DNA of 56,093 nt, counting the filler, from Sphacelaria rigidula (taxonomy: Eukaryota): assembly GCA_964200075.2 (NCBI GenBank). It is 4 parts of 4 records of this genome, joined end to end, with 100 filler letters (N's around TTAATTAATTAA, not from the genome) between each part and the next. Parts side by side here need not be neighbours in the genome. Positions count along the whole stretch, not along the records: positions 42,148 to 56,093 come from CAXNAA020002563.1; 3 more parts are not named here. One strand, given 5' to 3'. The notes below the pieces were generated by a model. The model did no database searches. It saw nothing but the letters and a program-made list of their open reading frames with translations, and was not told the origin of the DNA. Within the stretch, counting starts at the first letter, position 1; each line of letters opens with the position of its first letter. The position numbers and the translations under genes are program-made. This document shows positions 49,301-56,093 of this stretch, piece by piece.

Positions 49301-52300
49301 CAACTCTGGGGTCCACGAAAATTGAGTTCCTTGCGTGTTTAAACTGACAACATCAGTGGGTAGGACGGGGGTACCGTGGTTCCATATTTGCCAACTCCCC
49401 CTCCGAAAAGTCATCGTGCGTTTCGGAGGGGACACAGAAAAGTAGCCGTCACCGTGTGTGTTCACCCTACGTAGAATTATTCGAGACTACTTGCGTAGGT
49501 TGAGTTCGTATGTTTACCTCACGAGTATCTACGCTCATTCTATCGAGGCTCATGCCCCAGTATTAAAGGAGATGAGCACCTGGTCCTCTCGAAGCCTCCG
49601 AGGTTCACCTGGTACATTCGAATGGTGCTTGCAATCATGGATACAGCGATTGATCGAGACCGCCCGTTGTCGTACAGAGTCGCTCCTCGTAGCGTCATGT
49701 TCGTGCCATCCACGGCATAGCTGGGTCAGGGGGCAACCGATACAACAAGACATCAGAAGCACGTCGGTCGTTCGTGTTGATTACAACACCTCAAGATCTC
49801 CGCACGAGCATAGCACAGCTAGATTCTTGCGCAGGTCAAGTTACAACCTCGCATTAATAATGATTCGCGCGAAAGAAGACCATCCTGAAAAACGGTCACG
49901 ACTTTCAATGCCAGCGGTAACCATCAACGTCCGACTTTTGGAGCGACAACTCGACACAGCTATTCATCTAGACCGTACATGGCGGAACCGATGTTCGCGT
50001 TGTTGTTCTCCAGATCGCACTCCCAGCTCACGTTCGCTTCCAGCGCGTAGACGGCCCCACCGTCCCTGGCCTGGTGGCCAAATATCGTGGACCCCTTGCA
50101 GGACGTGAGACCTGCTCCTTCTTTGTAAATGAACCCTCCAAAATCTGCTTGGTTGTATCTGAATGTTCCATTAGATATCTGTCGGTACGAATTCCGACAA
50201 GCGGGGAAAATCGTCAGGGTTATCAACGGGAGTGCAAAGGGTACACGAGTGTTGCGTCGTTTGTGCGTCAGTCGAAGGAGTTGTGAATATTGTGCGAAGT
50301 TCAAACTACTTGTCGAGGGACATTCGCCACGGCGAAATGTTTTCGCGCGTGCGTTACGCAATACAGGTACATACCGTAGGGCAGATACACCGAGCCGCTC
50401 GTTTCAACGACGGTTATACATGATATTCAGTGATTTGTCCCCGATTCTCTCATCATATCGGGTCGACCACTTACATCACTTCCTCAAAAAAAGTCAAACA
50501 TTACCTCCTACTTGAAAAGCATGGTACAGACAGCTTTCGAAAATGCAGAATGGATCGTGGGACCAGCAGCTTTAGAACTATTCGGGCACTAGATACAATG
50601 CGTTCCAGAGGATTCACCTCTTGTATCATTTCGTCCGAGAAGTTGCGGAACCTATTCCGCTCTTTTATTCAACATAGATATAGCAGGGTGCCCCTCCGCA
50701 ACCCTCAGTACCCTCAGGCTTCCATACACAGGAAGAGGCTATTCCACCAATATATGGGGAGCACGAATGCCTCACTCTGGGCAAACATCCGACATGACGG
50801 CACGATGCAAAGAATCGCCCCGTTTGTGATATTCCCTGCGGCACGTGAATCCCTTGTTTCCAAGTTCATTCTTCTGCCTTTCGGTTCCCTCTGTGCGTAG
50901 TAGATCATCAATTTCATCATCAGCATATATTTTCGACAAACACGAGGGACTCAAGTACCTCCAATCAACTTCTCGAAGCGTGCTCTCACCTTCAGGTGAG
51001 CGTCCTCTTCAACCGAGACCACTCCTCCCTCATTCGCAGCGTTTCTTTCGAATATCCCCCCCTCAATGAACATCGTCGAGTTCATGGTAACGAAAAGTAC
51101 CCCACCTTCACTTCCTCCATCATTACCCTGGAACGTGCCGCCTTGAATCGTAAAGTTGCCTTCGCCCCCGGAAACCAACACACCTCCTCGATCCTCGGCC
51201 ACATTATGGAGAAATTGGCCACCCGTGACAAGTACGTGACCCTTCGAATACAGAACCCCGCCGGTCTGCATGACATCGGGTGAATTTGACGGCATCTCGG
51301 TTTTACAATATGCCGCAGTAGAAAATAGCCATTCCATGTCACTTCAAACGGCATCGACTGATCTAGTCATCAAGGGGCACACAGAGCACCACCTCATGGT
51401 CTGGTCAGTCAGCCTGCTCTGAGCTCTGGAGAGGTTCGTTTGGTCGGTAGTGTTTCCCTCGACACCTCAACCCATTTTCCTTCATCAATCCACTTTCATT
51501 CTCGGCCCACCCGATATTGTGACTTGTTCGTGTTATGATAATGTGTTCCATACCAACTCATGTGTATCAAGTGTCAATGCTTCGTTTGAAAAAGGCAACC
51601 CCACAACCTCACCCCCATGACACGTGTCACTTCTCCCCCCGACCTCTCGCACCGTACCCTCACCTCAAAGCTGTAGTTATCGATGAACTTGCCTCCCTCG
51701 ATGACAATTCTTGTGTTGCTGGTCGCCCTGAACACCGCACCATACGTGCTGCAGCGACTCCCCGCAAAACGATTGGTGTCACCGACGACTCTGATTTCAG
51801 AGTACGTGTTGCTATAGATGACGCCTCCACTTTCCTGATGAGCCTGATTACTCTCGAATGTCGAGCTGCGGAGAACGACTGCCCCGCCGGGTTCCTCCCA
51901 ATCATCGCCCGACGCCAGCCTGATTGCTCCGCCCTTTTAATTGGGGTCCCAGGGGATGGGGGAAAGGGGTGTGTGGGAAGCTAAGCGGAAGGAAGAGCGA
52001 CTGTGGGCGAAGCGGTGCTGCTACTGCTATGACAACGAATCATTCCCAACTGTGAAAATCTGGAGCTCAGCGGAACAACAGAGTGCGCTAAATTTACATA
52101 GACTTCGCGGGACACTCTCAACGTGAGTAGGAACACGTACCAGTGGAAACCGGCGTTTTCTCGAAATTGTTTGATTCGCAACAAGATGCATTCCCAATAG
52201 GATTAAAAAAACCGTTTGGACGTCAACGGATGACCAAATCTGCCGTGAGCGTGCAGATACTGTGGTACACTACGACATTATCAATAATAAGGAACACGTA

Positions 52301-53939
52301 GCCATCCGCTACCCAGGGGGCCCATACCTGTTTCGCCGCCGAGCATCCTCGCACGGTTGTGTTCATCAAAACCAACGTGCTGCCCTCGCCCACACTGAAG
52401 GCGCCACCTTCGCCTTGGTCATCTTTGACGTTGATTTCTCCCGCGGTGCTGTTAACGATCACACAATCGTGGAACTCTACATATGACGGGTCGTCGGCGT
52501 TCCTGACGTGAGCCGTGCCACCAGCATGTGCCGCGTGGTTCAAGACGAAGGTGGAATTGATGACGCTGCAAGGCCCTGCGCCTTCGAAGTCTCGGTGGCA
52601 ACCGCCAAGCACTAACGCACCACCCTCACCTACAGGTGTGCCGTTCATGTTGACGTTCGTTCCAAAAAAAGGTGGCACCAATAAATGAGCAAAAACTCGT
52701 ATAATTTAGTTGCAGTTGTGAGGGGATGTACGCTAAGGATGAGGTATGGGAAACAAAATTTACGTCGGCATTTCCAGAGGTGCGTGATTGGTTCATGTGC
52801 GCCTTCGCTCGCTCACCTTCTGCGGTACCCCTGCTGCCGACCGAGTTGTTGTAAAATGTTGAATTGAGCACGGTGATATTTCCGACGTCCTGAACCAAGG
52901 CGCCACCCTTCGCGCCGGCAAAACCGTCCTCAAACAGGCAATTGTCGACAAGAATAGCCGTGTTTTTCACCTGCTCGCGAGAGCACAGAGAAGTGACATG
53001 TCACTATGGCATCACCCCACCGTTTCGGGCACGACAGCGACAACCGAATAGTCTTGTGGATTTATTGTTATCAACAGCAACACTTCACTGCAATGAACGG
53101 ACCGAGCGTTGGTTCGCCACGTCACCGTGTGCGTATCTTGCACACCAGGTATGTACGTTCCACGTTCGACGCTACAACAAAGATGAAACTCAAAGCTCAC
53201 TTTGCAGCGCATTCCCCAGCGCTCAGGTAACACGTATACCACCCCAACTGAATATCACCTCGATTCCGCCACCCGCTCCAACCGCACTCTCAATGACAGG
53301 CTGTGCCGTGATTCCGGCAGAGCATCGCCTGAACACCGTATCCTGCACAATCACGCGAGACTCACTCGCTCGTATTGCGCCACCCGACTCCTCCGCAAAG
53401 TTGTCCTCAAATACACACCGTTTGACTGTCAAGGTAGCACCATTAGCGTGTACGCCTCCACCGTGCGTCTCTTCATTCCCCACCGAGCTCGACGCGTTAC
53501 CTCCGCGAACGGCAATGCCGTCCAGAACCAATTCACCGTTCTCAACAACGAAGATAGGACCGAACGCTGTCTCGGCCACCGCAGCTGAATCAATCGCATC
53601 CGTATCGGGACTACTGTCGCTGTCGCCGCCACTGCTTGTGGTGACAGATTCAATCCTGCTGCTACTGTTGCTGTAGCTTCCGACGATAGTGACGGAGGTT
53701 CCGTGCCCGATGTGAATGGAATCCGTCATACTCACTGCACCAATCCAGGTAGCCGTGAACGAGCCGTTCTCGCAATCGAAAATGGACGGCAGGTCCAATC
53801 CGGAGGAGATAGCAGAGGGTGTGATCAATAGTTCGGAGTCTTGTGGCCCACATGTTTCCGCAACTACGGTATTCACAAGCAGGAGACCGACCACAAGATG
53901 CGTCACGAGAGCGGTGACGTAGCAGGCAATGGATTTGGC
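43331..53939 (-). CDS. Polymorphic membrane protein (Pmp/POMP)-like pectin-lyase-fold beta-helix membrane protein, multi-exon, partial
   Basis: Phase-consistent exons 53259-53939, 52817-52970, 52328-52629, 51664-51933, 50990-51265, 49979-50178. Further exons near 49114-49221, 48450-48581, 47940-48113, 46430-46640, 45941-46049, 45550-45619, 45001-45149, 43331-43890. Hydrophobic N-terminus, repeated GGA(I/L/V) and FxxN motifs, Cys-rich GYWR/CxxGYxGPxC region, TM helix, KLKIVI. Start and 3' end uncertain. Confidence 0.85.
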
Positions 53940-55064
53940 CTGCGAAATGAACGTGTGTAAAGGCGGAAATGGCCGCCAAGCGGATGTCTTTCGGCGCTCT
54001 CGTTCGGCACAACCATACCGCATCGATGGCGGCGGCAGAGTTGGCATATGTTCTGGTCTGTAAAGTCGCTCCACTGGAACTTCTTGATGCCGTCGGATAA
54101 AGCGACGTGGGACCCAACAAGGGAGAATATCGGAGCGCCTGTGCCTACTGTGTGACGATCTCCACCGGATTCCAGCAACAGTCAAGAGAGCCCGTCCTCG
54201 TAAATGAAGCCGATACGGGTAAGCCTGTAACCTGCTTTTCCAGATCAAGCGAAGGATGGATAGAACAGTAGACAATGATAGACTGTGTGGCGGAAATTCC
54301 GATGGTCACCACTTGCAGTTCGACAGGTCTCCTGGTGACATGTGGAACATTCGCACAACGTGAAACGTTGTGATGACGTCTTGTCTGAAACAGGGTAGTT
54401 GTGTGAGACGGGGCGCACCGACAGCGTACGAGAAAGTCGCTGGTGAAGCTCCGTAGGACACTCAAAATACACGAGCCCATCATAAAGTCTACAGGTTCAT
54501 TATGAAATACTAGTCAAGCGATGCGTCTCTGTGTCCGAACATTGCCGCTCATCGTTGACACTGACTCTCGTGAGCTCCCGAAGTGAGCTACCCCCTGAGA
54601 GTGTGCTCGCCGATGCTGTGACAAAAAATGACGCGGGCATTGTGAAGCTCGCAACCGTGTTACTCTGCTTAGCACATGTACCACCATCGCCGCGTCTTCA
54701 CGCGCTACAGGGTAAACAATGCCACATCGTCCCGGTTGTTACGAAAACCTGATGCGACCATCGGGTGCATGGAACACAACGAGTCCGATGCCCTGTACAA
54801 GTTTCGAGGTTCGAGACGGCATGAGCACCAGCATGAGACACGCAATGCAAATAAATCCACGATATCACAGTGATGACCGTTTGATTTACTGCACCATGTC
54901 GCGCTTGTCACGCAGACTGAGCGAAACACTGAAGGGGAGGGGGGATAAGTGCTGGATTTCACAGGTTGTATACCGCATGAACCACGCGGGCCTGCTTGTC
55001 TTAGACGTGTGCCCAGCGAGTGTAATGTAATAGTATTAGTCAAACGCTCCCTGTTCTATGAGAT

Positions 55065-55380
55065 TTTTCCAACATGACTGACACTTTCTGAGACGCTTCA
55101 TGTAGCCTGACACCAAAAATTAAGCGCTGTATGACCCTCTTCTTCGAGACAGTCTTGGGCTGGTTTCGGGGGGCGGCTATCGTAGAAGAACTCGACTGCA
55201 ATTCCAGCGAAGAGGTACACGGAATTCGGATCAGAGACAGCATTGTTGAGAAAATTTACATAACAAATCATCAAATGCGCTCAACAGCTGGCATGAAATC
55301 CCACACGGGTACCATATGCTCGGCGTAAATATTATCGCGATCAGTTGTTCGATTGTTGTACATGAATAATTTTGTTACGA
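55065..55380 (+). mobile_element. 3' end fragment (3' UTR motif, PPT, short LTR) related to the contig-2 Gypsy
   Basis: TGAGACGCTTCATGTAGCCTGA..GCGCTGTATG..GCTGGTTTCGGGGGGCGGCTATCGTAGAA matches the reverse of 23885-24000. Putative LTR 55180-55380 reads TCGTAG...TTACGA. Confidence 0.6.
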
Positions 55381-56093
55381 GTGGTAATCCACGGTTGACG
55401 CTCGTGGCAGCAGTGCCGCAGGTATCAACACCACGGGTCTTGCACGCGTGGAGGTTTTGAAAAACAAATACCGAGAGCAAACAGTGACCCTGACGTTAAC
55501 CATCATTTATGAGTATTAGCAGATGTGGACTTCAAACCTCAAGACAAGGTGATAAATCGGAGGCGTGCAAAACTCCGGAAAGTGTCCGGGCTGTTCGAGG
55601 ACACTTTATCGACCGTACACCACAGACCATGTTTCTTCTTTTAATTGGATACGCTTGATCCAAACTACATCCTTGACACGAAGAAATCGTGCGTTAAGAT
55701 AACGCCCTCCGTATTCAGACGCCACATACACCTGCATGCAGCTGACACATGTCAGGATTAAACCCATTTTTCGGGTGATTTCCAAGCTTGCCCTTAAGAC
55801 CCCACAAAAAAAGAGTATTTTCCCGATTTTTTCCGCTGGGCGCGGGACTTGCCCTGAAAAAGGTTACCCTCAATTGAATTCAAGCAAATGGAAAATAAGC
55901 ACAGACAGAGGGAACTGGGGAAAAAACGTCGAAGGGGATATCTAAGCAGATAACTACGTAGCCACTACGGAAGAAAAAAGTAAGCGTGACCGTTAGGGAT
56001 GTTAATCGGAGGGAGGGGGGGGGGGGGGGGGGGGGCGGAGCCCGCCCAAAGGCGCGCGACCACGATAACCCCAATGCCAGGGGGGTCGCGAAA

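Overview
Eukaryotic genomic DNA, most likely a brown alga (Phaeophyceae; inferred from intron-rich stramenopile-type genes and TE families). The window is four unrelated, length-sorted contigs (13951, 13948, 13948, 13946 bp) joined by artificial 100-nt N44-TTAATTAATTAA-N44 spacers. Contig 1 (1-13951) is a nest of LTR retrotransposons: a degenerate Ty3/Gypsy split by related LTR elements with 4-bp TSDs and no tRNA PBS, plus a 543-bp TRIM-like element with palindromic LTRs and tRNA-like internal sequence. Contig 2 (14052-27999) has identical 127-bp ends inside the RT, so it closes into a 13,821-bp circle holding one large, disrupted chromodomain-bearing Ty3/Gypsy element. This element has an apparent single ~2.1-kb LTR with TCGTA...TACGA termini, an inverted copy of its PPT/LTR start, and a Tudor-like domain after the chromodomain. 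Contig 3 carries five exons of a TTC29-like TPR gene, a 5'-truncated LINE and the last exon of ATP sulfurylase. Contig 4 carries a multi-exon Pmp/POMP-like beta-helix membrane protein gene and a fragment related to the contig-2 element.
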